From Candidatus Iainarchaeum sp. (GTDB lineage: Archaea; Iainarchaeota; Iainarchaeia; Iainarchaeales; JAAZKV01): a stretch of 34,708 nt of DNA. The stretch covers positions 1 to 34,708 of the forward strand of contig JABHJM010000046.1 of assembly GCA_018691995.1 (NCBI GenBank), written 5' to 3'. The notes below the pieces were generated by a model. The model was not told where the DNA came from. It saw only the letters and a list, made by a program, of their open reading frames with translations, and did not search any database. The first letter of the stretch is position 1; each line of letters opens with the position of its first letter. This document shows, one piece after another, positions 1 through 9,800 of this stretch. Both the position numbers and the translations under genes were made by a program.

Positions 1-2399
1 GTGCTAGTAATACAAAATGCTCTCTCTCCACTTTCTTCACAAAGTGTTTCCATTCCAACAGTTGTATAAGCTTCTTTTGTTGATGCATAAAGGGATTGTT
101 TTGTAGAATTACTTGCTGTAGTTCCAAGTACGTCGTCTTGAATGTCTCTCTCATAACTTCCGCCTTCAATTCCCCATGCTCGGTAAGCAATTACTAATTG
201 TTCTTCTACTTGTGCATTATCTCGAATTTTTACTGTGGTGCTTGCCATGATTCTTCCTTGAACAAATCCGCCTTGGCTCCAAATTACTTGTGCCCATTTA
301 CTTTCATCTTGATTCAAATGTTTTTCATCAGTAGAATATCCTTTTGGTGGATTGTAAGTTGATCCTTTTAGAATATCGCTTACTCCAGGAGCTATTATTT
401 CTTCAATATAAATTTTGTCAAGTTCTGTTTTTGTATAATCGTCTCGTCCAACACGAACAAACAATCCTAACTCTTCATAGTCTTTTGGTGCAATTAATTC
501 AAAGAGTGCATCATATTCTTGACCTGCCTCAACTTTAAGTACTTGAGAACCATTTTTGTACAATCCTAAATAGTTTACATATAATTCTTCAATAGGGGGT
601 CTTCTAAGAACAACATCAAATGTAATTGTTCCGTCTCCAATAACATCTTTTGGTAGTGTCATGTGACTTTGGTATCCTGCCTTTTCTACAACTGCATAAA
701 TTCTTCTTCCTGCTTTTGTTATGAAACTAATTGCACCGCTTGGGTCTTCAATAATTTTTTTACCACTAATTGGATTGTTTCCATAATTTTCGTAAAATCG
801 TACGTACACTGGTTCTTGATCAGAGAATGTAATAGGATCTCCGTCTTTATCTTTTACAATAACATTAACTGTTCCTAGTGGAATGTCAAGTTTAACTCTA
901 AAAGGTGTTGTTTGATTTAGTGCACTAAATTCTTGAAGTGGGCTCCATCCAGTATAACTTCCTTTGAATGCAAACACTCTATATTTTTCTCCGCTCTTTG
1001 AATAATTTACTGGTTCCCAGTCTGCTTCTCCATTATAATCAGTTAATTTATCAGTGTGTCCAAGTTTGTAAGAATCAGTTTCATCTTCTCCAAAAATAAT
1101 CGCTCGTGCATATTGTACAGGTTTGTTATCTTGATCAATTACTTTTACAAGTAGCTTTCCTCCACAATTTCCAGTGTCAGTTGATAAGTCAAGAGTAACA
1201 CTATCTCCAACACTAACATCTGCTTTTGTTTCACTACAATATCCTTCTTTTGTTGCAATTACTGTGAAAGGTCCGCTAGTAGCAACTTCAAAATCAACTT
1301 CTCCATCTTCATTAGTATCATTACTATGTATTTCTGTTAATCCATCAAGTAAAGTTACTAATACTTCGTCAAGTTCAATACTTCCTTTTTTGGCGGTTAT
1401 TTTTATTTTTCCAATAACACTTTTTGTTAGTTCAAGTACAACAGGATCCATTCCAGTAGTAATCGCTACGTTTGAAATACTTTCAGATTTATAACCATTT
1501 TCAGTAATAGTTGAGAATTTATAATTTCCTTCGCTAAGAGTAAATGTAGCACTTCCGTTTGATGAAACGGAGGTTTCTGTTGGTAAATATAAATTGTTCA
1601 TTCTAAATGCTTTAACACTAACAGCTTCACTAATTAAGTTTCCATTTGATTTTAATTGTACACTCATTGTTACCATTTTTGCAGGAACTTTTTCGATTAA
1701 ATAAAATGTTTCAGATGATTTTGTAACTGTTTTAGTTGCATCTTCATATTTTTCACTAGTTATAGTTACACTTAATACGCCACATGTGCTTGAAACATTA
1801 ATGTTTGCACTTCCATCATAAATAACATCGTCGCTTGGAGGAGTAATTCCAGAACTACATTGATAGCTTAGAGCTAAACGATCATTTATTCTTTGTCCAG
1901 TTTCTGTTAAGAAAAGGGCAGTCATTGAATCAAAACGAATTTGATCTACTGGTAAAGTAATTTCTGCGATTTTTGGACTTTCATCTAAATATATTTTTTT
2001 GATTTTTGTTTTGTCTCCTTTAGTAGCAGTCACATCAATTGCCCCTCCAGCTACAAGAGTAATATCTTCTACTAATCCAAAATCATTTGAATAATAAGTT
2101 TTGTCGATTCCAGCTAGAACAACTTCTGCTCCGCTGATTCCGTTTCCTTCTGTGTCAACAATTGTTAATTGTAATACTGCTTCGCCACCCATTCCAGTTG
2201 CGATTCCAAATATTCCTATTCCAATTAAAAGCAGTAAAATAATTATTATAATTATAAAAAGAGCAAAGCTTGGTACGACTTGATCAATCTTATCAACAAC
2301 TTTGTAAACAGGAACGTGAGCATCTATTTTATCAAGTGCTTCGTACCATTTTTCTTCTGCAGAAAAATAGATATCCTTTACCTTGTCACCAAAACCCAT
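1..2399 (-). CDS. Giant membrane-anchored surface protein, paralogue A (N-terminal ~799 codons only; the ORF runs off the left edge of the window)
   Basis: Not in the supplied ORF track because it has no in-window stop. I hand-translated the minus strand from ATG 2399..2397: MGFGDKVKDIYFSAEEKWYEALDKIDAHVPVYKVVDKIDQVVPSFALFIIIIIILLLLIGIGIF... I met no stop down to position 3 (last residues ...TVGMETLCEESGERAFCITS). A GTGAT SD-like box lies 3 nt upstream of the ATG. It has the same N-terminal motif plus TM helix as the 2398-aa and 2800-aa ORFs. The downstream motifs occur in the same order: LTIVDTEGNGISGAEVVL-type repeats, then FVRVGRDDY, SKWAQV, IAYRAWG, SLYAST. Confidence 0.85.
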   Translation of the reverse strand, partial: MGFGDKVKDIYFSAEEKWYEALDKIDAHVPVYKVVDKIDQVVPSFALFIIIIIILLLLIGIGIFGIATGMGGEAVLQLTIVDTEGNGISGAEVVLAGIDKTYYSNDFGLVEDITLVAGGAIDVTATKGDKTKIKKIYLDESPKIAEITLPVDQIRFDSMTALFLTETGQRINDRLALSYQCSSGITPPSDDVIYDGSANINVSSTCGVLSVTITSEKYEDATKTVTKSSETFYLIEKVPAKMVTMSVQLKSNGNLISEAVSVKAFRMNNLYLPTETSVSSNGSATFTLSEGNYKFSTITENGYKSESISNVAITTGMDPVVLELTKSVIGKIKITAKKGSIELDEVLVTLLDGLTEIHSNDTNEDGEVDFEVATSGPFTVIATKEGYCSETKADVSVGDSVTLDLSTDTGNCGGKLLVKVIDQDNKPVQYARAIIFGEDETDSYKLGHTDKLTDYNGEADWEPVNYSKSGEKYRVFAFKGSYTGWSPLQEFSALNQTTPFRVKLDIPLGTVNVIVKDKDGDPITFSDQEPVYVRFYENYGNNPISGKKIIEDPSGAISFITKAGRRIYAVVEKAGYQSHMTLPKDVIGDGTITFDVVLRRPPIEELYVNYLGLYKNGSQVLKVEAGQEYDALFELIAPKDYEELGLFVRVGRDDYTKTELDKIYIEEIIAPGVSDILKGSTYNPPKGYSTDEKHLNQDESKWAQVIWSQGGFVQGRIMASTTVKIRDNAQVEEQLVIAYRAWGIEGGSYERDIQDDVLGTTASNSTKQSLYASTKEAYTTVGMETLCEESGERAFCITS

Positions 2400-2540
2400 T
2401 TTATCACTAGCTATAGTTAAACTTAACTTCTCTAGTAAGATTTAATGTTTCCGTTATATATATACTTTACTAATGTGTCCTATTTGGTTGGATAATTATT
2501 CACATAGTAAGGGTTATAAACATATTAGGGGATAAATATA

Positions 2541-2837
2541 TTGGTTGTTATGGGGACTACATTATTAATGCAAAAAAAAATTATTCATTATCCAACTTTG
2601 AAAACAATGTTGGCAATTGAGGGGGTAATAAGAAATTCTGAGTTGGCATTGAGTAGAAATAAAATACTTGATTTGCTTGAAAAAAAGGTTATGCGTTCAA
2701 CATTGAATGTTTCTTTAGAGTATATGCAAAATCGAGGGCTTATTCTTGAAACTAAAAAAGGATTTATTTGGACATTCAACGAAAAAATGGAAAAACTTAT
2801 AAGTTCAAAAAAAGCCAATTTTATTGAGATGAAATGA
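2541..2837 (+). CDS. Small winged-helix-like DNA-binding protein, putative antitoxin/regulator of the downstream RelE-like gene
   Basis: 98-aa ORF. The segment LSRNKILDLLEKKVMRSTLNVSLEYMQNRGLILETKKGFIWTF looks like helix-turn-helix plus beta-wing. Its stop overlaps the next start (ATGA at 2834-2837). The start is uncertain: TTG 2541 (GGGGAT box 7 nt upstream), ATG 2550 or ATG 2568. Confidence 0.5.
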   Translation: MVVMGTTLLMQKKIIHYPTLKTMLAIEGVIRNSELALSRNKILDLLEKKVMRSTLNVSLEYMQNRGLILETKKGFIWTFNEKMEKLISSKKANFIEMK

Positions 2838-3202
2838 AATCAAAAGTAAATGTACTTTTTTTTGATGATGCAAAAGAGGATTATCAAAAATTAAAACAAA
2901 ATTTAAACAACAATTTTCATTTAACTTTGTTTAATTCGATAAATTCAAAAGTTGACCTTTTGAAGGATAATTATGTTGTTGGAAAACAAATTCCAAAGAA
3001 AAGAATTCCTAAAAAATATGTGCAAAAGTATGGTGTGACTAATTTGTGGAAAATCAATCTTTCAGATTATTGGAGAATAATTTATACACTTAGGCAAAAA
3101 CAGAGAAGTAGTGAGGTTGAGATTCTTGAAATATTTTTGGATGTTTTAGATATAATTGATCATAAAAGGTACAATAAAATATTTGGGTATAAAAAGAACT
3201 AA
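2834..3202 (+). CDS. RelE/ParE-superfamily toxin-like protein
   Basis: 122 aa. The family-typical layout is present: an N-terminal 'FFDDAKEDYQKL' segment, then NLWKINLSDYWRIIYTL ... VEILEIFLDVLDIIDHKRY. This matches the consensus L...l..yWRiiY......v.il.v..H. It is translationally coupled to the upstream small ORF. Confidence 0.6.
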   Translation: MKSKVNVLFFDDAKEDYQKLKQNLNNNFHLTLFNSINSKVDLLKDNYVVGKQIPKKRIPKKYVQKYGVTNLWKINLSDYWRIIYTLRQKQRSSEVEILEIFLDVLDIIDHKRYNKIFGYKKN

Positions 3203-3209
3203 TTTTTTT
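3203..3209 (+). terminator. Oligo-T (T7) tract immediately after the RelE-like stop; archaeal-type intrinsic termination signal between convergent genes
   Basis: taa(3200-3202) is followed directly by ttttttt (3203-3209). The tract overlaps the stop of the convergent minus-strand ORF. Confidence 0.35.
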
Positions 3210-3705
3210 ATATTAATGAGGTAAGTTCTCCAATGAAATCTCCAACAGTTCCATTGTCTTTCATTTGCATTCCCCAGTAGTCGTCCATCCATATTATGTC
3301 TATAATAGTTGGCATAAATAGTTCAATTGCAATTCCAAGAACTAATGCAATTATTAGTAATATTAGAATATTTTTTCCTTCTTTTAAAAAATATTTTTTG
3401 TTTAATAAATCGTCCATTAATGCATTTCCAAATTTTACTCCTGCATATGTTGCAATTGCAATTGGTGCGAGAAAAACAAATATTGCGGCGTTACGTTCAC
3501 TTCCAAGTGCCAAACCAAAGAATACGTGTGGGATGAATGCGAAATATCCATACATTGCTGCTCCAAATAAAAAAAATCCTATAATAGCGAGTGAAATTGG
3601 AACGAATGAGAAAAAATTGTTTAATGGGAAAAAGAATCCCACTCCAAAAGCAATGAAGAGTGCAATTAAGCTTACTAAAAATAATGCGATTGTTTTTACT
3701 TCCAT
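3208..3705 (-). CDS. Multi-pass integral membrane protein (about 5 hydrophobic helices); weak resemblance to SpoIIM/DUF95-type proteins
   Basis: 165 aa made almost entirely of hydrophobic helices (IALFLVSLIALFIAFGVGFFF, ISLAIIGFFLFGAAMYGYFAF, AAIFVFLAPIAIATYAGV, ILILLIIALVLGIAIELF). The ATG is preceded by AGTGATAAA, identical to the leader of paralogue A. The IPHVFFGLALGSE segment only faintly recalls the SpoIIM PHGxxE motif. Confidence 0.7.
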   Translation of the reverse strand: MEVKTIALFLVSLIALFIAFGVGFFFPLNNFFSFVPISLAIIGFFLFGAAMYGYFAFIPHVFFGLALGSERNAAIFVFLAPIAIATYAGVKFGNALMDDLLNKKYFLKEGKNILILLIIALVLGIAIELFMPTIIDIIWMDDYWGMQMKDNGTVGDFIGELTSLI

Positions 3706-3755
3706 TTTATCACTATTTATATCAAAGAACTCTTTTAGTTAAAAGCCTTTTCTTT

Positions 3756-3798
3756 CGCCCGCAAAATCGGGCGGCGCTTTGGGCACTTTCAGTAGCCC
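3756..3798. other. GC-rich twin-hairpin element in an otherwise AT-rich intergenic region
   Basis: Hairpin 1: CGCCCG (3756-3761), loop caaaat, CGGGCG (3768-3773). Hairpin 2: GGGC (3781-3784), 10-nt loop, GCCC (3795-3798), extendable by T-A and G-U pairs. On the + strand a T7 run follows at 3809-3815. Confidence 0.3.
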
Positions 3799-3831
3799 AG
3801 CTTTAATATTTTTTTAAGAATTTAATTAGTT

Positions 3832-6800
3832 TTATTTAACAAGTTCTGCTTCGTTCCAGTTAATTGTTTGTCCGTCTGCACTAATACAAGCAACTTTTTG
3901 TTCTTTTGTCCATTCAATTACATTTTTTAGAGTTGGTCCGGTAAGTGTTCCAATGCTTACTTTTGCATGTTTTCCATTATCCATACTTTCTAGTGCACTT
4001 GTTTTATTTGAAAGTATTAATGCTTTTGCACTTACGCTTCCATTTCCTTGATTAAGCATTATTGATAGTGATCCAGCATTTGGATAATAATAAATTCCAT
4101 TGAATGTTTGTTCTTGTAGTGAAACTGGAATAGTTTGTGAGAATGTATTTCCACTTAATTTAGTGTCAGTCATGCTACCATTCCATGTGATTAAATGGTC
4201 TGAAGTTGTAAGTGGTTCTGTTGGATTGTAAACAATTGCTTTTGCTCCGCCACTAGTTGTAACAGTTACTTGCACGGGTGTTCTTTTGTAGAATATTGCT
4301 CCTCCACCAATATCTGCTTCAACTATTACTGCATTAGTTGAGTATTGTAAACTTGTGTCTTCTCCAACTTTAAATCCTTCTTGTAATAGTACATTGTCGC
4401 TTGCTTTGTTTTCTTTTTCATCCATTTCAAGTCTAACAAGTGTTACTTCCATTGTTCTATCTTCTTTACAGTAAGTTGTGTCTAAATTATAATCATATTT
4501 TCCTGGTTCAAGAGTTGTAGTTGCATCGTTTCCTGTAAAGAACTCTGAAGTATGTGTTGCTTTGAATGTTTTGTGGAATTCCTCTGCTGGTTTATCAAAT
4601 GCTTTAATCCCAGTTATGTATACATCTTTGTTTTCTTTTGCAATTTCAAAAATCTTTTCAAGTTTAGGATTTGCATTATAAATTGCTCGAATATCTTTCT
4701 CGTCTGCTTTGTCTTCAATTACTCCACGAACAAGAGCTCCTTTTTCACTTATTGCTTTCATTGTATCCGGAGTAATTGTTTTCTCACTTCCACAAAAAGT
4801 TACAACACAATTTCCGCCAGTATCACATGCATCAGTATCTCCAAGTGCATATATTTCTTTATTCATTTCTTTGTAAGTGCTTAGTGGTAAATAGTAATTA
4901 TCTTCTACTTTACTCATTCCAAGTGCTTTTGCATCATCTTCTTTGAAAGTACTTGTTTCAAGGTTTACTTTATTCACCATGATCATTAATTCATCAGCAC
5001 TTGTTTCTTCTTCTGTCTCAATATCACTTAGTACATCAACCATCCAATTTAATGCAATAATATCGCTAGTTGATGGATCTTCTTTAATTACTTTTACTTC
5101 TCCTTCATTATCGCTTAGTACTTCTTCACTAATTGCATAAGGTAATACAACTAATTCATTATCTGTTCCAGTATAGAATTCAAGTCCTGTATTAGTGCAT
5201 GATTTAATTATGTCAGTATTAGCTTCTTTGTAAAGCTCGCTAATTTTTCTGCTGTTTACTTCTTTCTTTGTATTTCCAGTACAAAATCCAGTCACAGCGC
5301 CACTCTTTGCAACATCAATTGCACTATCAAGTTCAAGGTATTGTCTTTCAAGGTAGTAGTGTAACATATCATTGTTACAGAATTTATCCTCACAATAATC
5401 GCCATACTCTTCTTTGGTAATTTCCTTTGCATTAATCTCATCAATTCTATTAAATCCAAATGTTTCTGCACTTACTTCACATTTTCCAGTGTCAGTTTTA
5501 GCATTATCGATTGCTTTTTGGATTGCTGTTGAACTAAAATCATTACATCCTGCAGCTTTAAGTTCTTTAGTTATGTCATTAACTGCATGCTTATTATCTT
5601 TATACTTTTTAGCTAAATCATCTAATTTTTTCTGACAATCAATTAAAGTTGTATCTCCGACTTTCTTACAATCCTTATCAATATCTTTAATCATATCAGG
5701 AGTAATTTTATCTCTTAGTACAAGTGCAGTTAACATCCAAGTAATTTCTTCATTTTCAAATGTAGCAGCTCTGCTTAATTTTGCTTTAATTGGAATACTA
5801 ATTAATACACATGCATCAGTCATTCCACTACGGTTCAAAGTAACAGCTAAATTAGCTCCTTTTGTTTCTCTTTGATGACTTCCAACTCCAACTGTGCCAA
5901 CTTTAATTCCAACTCCGCCTACACTTGCTGCGTGTGAAATATCGCTTAATTTATCTAAGTATCCACAATTCTTCGATTTAGAACTTGCTCTTTTTGGATC
6001 ATTTTTGTTAAGCATTTGATAATATGAACTTTGTGGATAGAACGAAGTGTTACTTGCTGGACCATATGTTACTGCAGGAGGAGAAGCAATGTAAGTATAA
6101 TTGTCTTCATTATATTCTGTTCCAGGAATAGCTCCGTGTGGATTACTTCCACCTTTACCTTTCCAGTATTCTTTTACATTTAGTGAGTTAGTTCTTTGGT
6201 TTTGACTTACACATTCTCCAGGTGAAGCACTAGTATCTCCCCAGTTTACAAGTGAATCAATACTTTCTCCAATTCTCCACATGTCTTCAATTTCAACAGG
6301 GAATTGTTTACACTGTGTACTTCCATATTGATTTGAGTACTCAACATTTATTCTTCCATAAACTCGTGTTCGTGCATCAGTTTGGGTAGCCCAATCACGG
6401 ATATTTGCAATTGAATTAAACAACCCATATGATTGTGTTCTTGCATCAAATAATTTTCTTTGTGGGATATATTGTGCATTTGGCATTACTTCAAAGATAA
6501 GTGTTTCAGTTGAAGAATCATCACTAACAGTTCTTGAATAAACCCGTGTTCCAGAAACCATTGAACAAGAATTTCCACTACAACTTTGTCCGCCTAAATA
6601 ACTTTGATAATTATTACCAAATCCTCCAGTAGTAGGATATCCTGTTTGGTATAATCCTTGGTATTGTTGTCCTGTTTGGAAATATGGTGCGCTTTGTGTT
6701 GGATTTACTCTACTTGTTTGTGCGTCACATTGTACTGTAACAGCATTAGCTCCTCTTGTTAATTGTAATCCAGAAGAATAACAATAGTTGTATACTTTGT

Positions 6801-9800
6801 ATTTCTTTGATTCATAGATTAATGAATTAAATTCAAGTGTTGAAGTGCTAATTTTGATACAATCATCATCAACATCTCCAAGTCTTCTAACTTGTACACT
6901 TACAGTATCAATTCTTTCTTCGGCCTCTTCACTATCTGCTACTTTTGCATTTATTTTAATATTGTAAGATCCAAGTGTGTATCCAGGTGTTACAGTAATT
7001 GTTTCATCGTCTCCTGCACTTATTTCAAATTCTTCTTCGCTAACATTTAATTTTGAATCAGGGTCAAGATCAATTTCCACATCAAGTGCACAATTGTTTT
7101 TAATTGTAAATGAATTTTCTTCATAAGCAGTACTTCCAGAACCTTGATTCATGAATGGAATAGATGATTGCATTCCATAAGGCATTCTTCCACGATTAAA
7201 TCCTTGATAACCTTGAGCGTAAGAACTCATATTACTATTAACGATTCGATTATATCCAAGGTTCCATCCTGCAATATCAAGTGTCATTCCCCCACTTGGT
7301 TCTTCAATTTCAATACATTCGCTTAAGTCACTCATAGTTAGATCAACATTAACTTTTGCACGAACTTTTTCTTCTTCTCCTTCTTCAGGAACATTTTTTC
7401 CTTCAACGCTAAGTGTTAATTTTTGTGTTCCAGAACTTGCACTAGATGTTGGAACAAAACGAAGAGTTAATTCTTCTTCTTCGTTACTTGCAAGGTATTC
7501 TGCTAGTTCAACAAATCCATCACTTAGTGAAATACTATTGAATCCACTTCCTGAAAGGAAAATGGTTCCAAATTTGCTTGATTCATTTATTTTAGCTTCA
7601 ACATTGTGTAGTGCAACGTCAATTCCTTCTGCTGCACAATTATTCTTAAGTGTAAGTGTTTCGCTCACTTCAGTTGTTGAAGTTGTAAATGTAACTTCGC
7701 CAGGAGTAATGCTCAAACAATTGTCGCTATCAAGGTATCCAGGCATTGATAGTCTGATTTTAATTGGAAGTTCTTGTTCAAACTCTTGTCCTGCACTAAC
7801 AACTTCTACATCAATTTCAACTTCTCCTTCAACTGTTTTTGGAGCAGCTAATTTTTTAGCAGTTTGATTTGGTTTTAATTTAATATTAAAATTAAGATCC
7901 GAATCAGCTGAAATAATTTCTCCAACAATATCATCAATTGTAATTTCTAAATAATCTGCAACTTCTCCTTCAACACTAATATCAGTTATTTTTAGTGATT
8001 CAACAGTTGCGTTTTCAATTAAAATCTTTTGAGTAATGCTTGCAACTTCTCCAATTTTAATTGTTTCATCAATTTCAGTTGGAACAAGTAATATAATTTT
8101 TTCATCTACATCTTTTTCAAATACAACTTCATCATATCCTTCTTTTTGTGCAGTGAATGTAATTACGTCTCCAGCACTTGGTGGTGAAAGATCATAAGTA
8201 GCCATTCCTTGACTGTTTGTTCTAAGTGTTTCTAAAATATCATTATCAGATTTAATTTCAATACTTACGTTGCTAAGTGGAGTGTTTCCATCATTTGCTT
8301 CAAAGAAAAGTGAATTTGTTACATATGGAATAATTTCTTTTGGAATAATGTCAAGTTTGAATGTTTTGTTTGCTTTTACATTAATTGCTATTGTCTCTTC
8401 AAGTTCAGTCTTAGTAGCAGAATTTACTAATAAGTTAATACTTCCGCTTCCACTCTGTGTAGTTGAAAAAGCAATGCTAACTTGGGTAAATGAATCTACG
8501 CTAAGTGTTCCAAGAATAATTTCGTCATCTTCATCATATTCTACTCCATTAACAGTAATTCCGTCAATTGTAATTCCACTTCCATCAATATCAAGTACGC
8601 TTGAGTTTAGTGCTTTTCCACTATAGTTAATTAAGTTAGCCATTAGTACATATGAAGTGTCTTGTTTTGCACTCATTTGATTAGTAATGTATTGTATTTT
8701 TCCAGTGTTGTTTCCTGAAATAGTTTGAACACTATAACTTTTACAAAATGTATCTCCGCAAAGATTAGCTGCTCCGCTTGAGAGTAAATAATTTTTTGCA
8801 CCAAGGTAAAGTTCATGTCCACCAATATTACTTTGTGGATCTTTTAGTAATGAGCTTCCTTTTGCCCAAGCTCTATACCATAAATCAATTCCAACATTTG
8901 GATTAATTTCAGTTACAGTAACATCAACTTCTACTTCATAAACTCCTTCTTTTGGATTTTTAAATATGCTTTCAATCCATTTAGCATTCCCATTTGTATA
9001 ATTTTGTGAATCAACATTATATCCGTCTGGAGGAGTATAAGTTGTCCCTTTTATAATTTTTTTAGCAGAAGTGTATACTTCTCCAATATATGCTGGGTCT
9101 TCTTCCATTAAATTAGTTGTATTATTGCTTGCATTTCCTGTTCGAACATGCACTCCAGCTTCTGAAAAACTTCCTTTTGGAACTTCAAGTAAAAGTTTAG
9201 CAGTGTATGTTCCTTGTGAAACTTCACGATCACTATTACTAACAACTGTGTCTCCAGAGTAAAGTCCAATCATTGTCAAACTCATTTTTCCAGAACTTGC
9301 AACTAAAACAATTTCTTTGTCAATTGTAGAACCTTCATCAGGATAAATAGAAGTTGTAAAATAATCCATGTGTCCACTTAGCTCTATTTCAAAGTAAACT
9401 TTTTTATCAGCTCGAATATCAAAAGTAGCAATTCCTTCTTCATTAGTTGAACTAACTCCTTCATCTGTTCCATCAAAATAATTTATTGCAGTAATGTTAA
9501 CTCCGCGTAAAGCTTCTCTTTGATTATTAATTACATTAAGTTTAATTGTTCCTTTTCCAATATCCATTGTGATTGGTAATTCATTTGCTTCTCTTGGAAG
9601 TAAAGTAATTCTAGTACTTGTTACTCCGTCAAATCCATCTTTGATTGCATAAGCATAGTAGCTTCCTATTTCAAGATTGTAAAAGAATGCTTTTCCATCC
9701 GCTCCAGTATTTTTTTCTCCAACAATAGTTCCGTCCATTGTTTTAAGAGTAATTCGCACATTATTTACTGGATCATTAGTTGGATCTTTTGTAATAACAG

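Noticed and set aside
344-2283. Plus-strand ORFs 344-538, 663-878, 1174-1494 and 2101-2283 from the track
   Set aside because: All lie antisense to the long open minus-strand frame of giant paralogue A. Their products are low-complexity (S/L/F/I/T-rich) and lack SD or TATA context. They are shadow ORFs.
2588-3742. ORFs 2588-2818(-), 3296-3742(+) and 3327-3536(+)
   Set aside because: They are antisense to better-supported genes. The wHTH gene is translationally coupled to the RelE-like gene. The membrane protein has clear TM helices and a GTGAT-ATG start.
4552-9262. Plus-strand ORFs inside giant gene B (4552-4884, 4943-5140, 5414-5635, 7538-7867, 8270-8626, 9071-9262)
   Set aside because: They are antisense shadows of a 7.2-kb ORF, with Ser/Leu/Phe/Cys-rich nonsense-like composition and no motifs.
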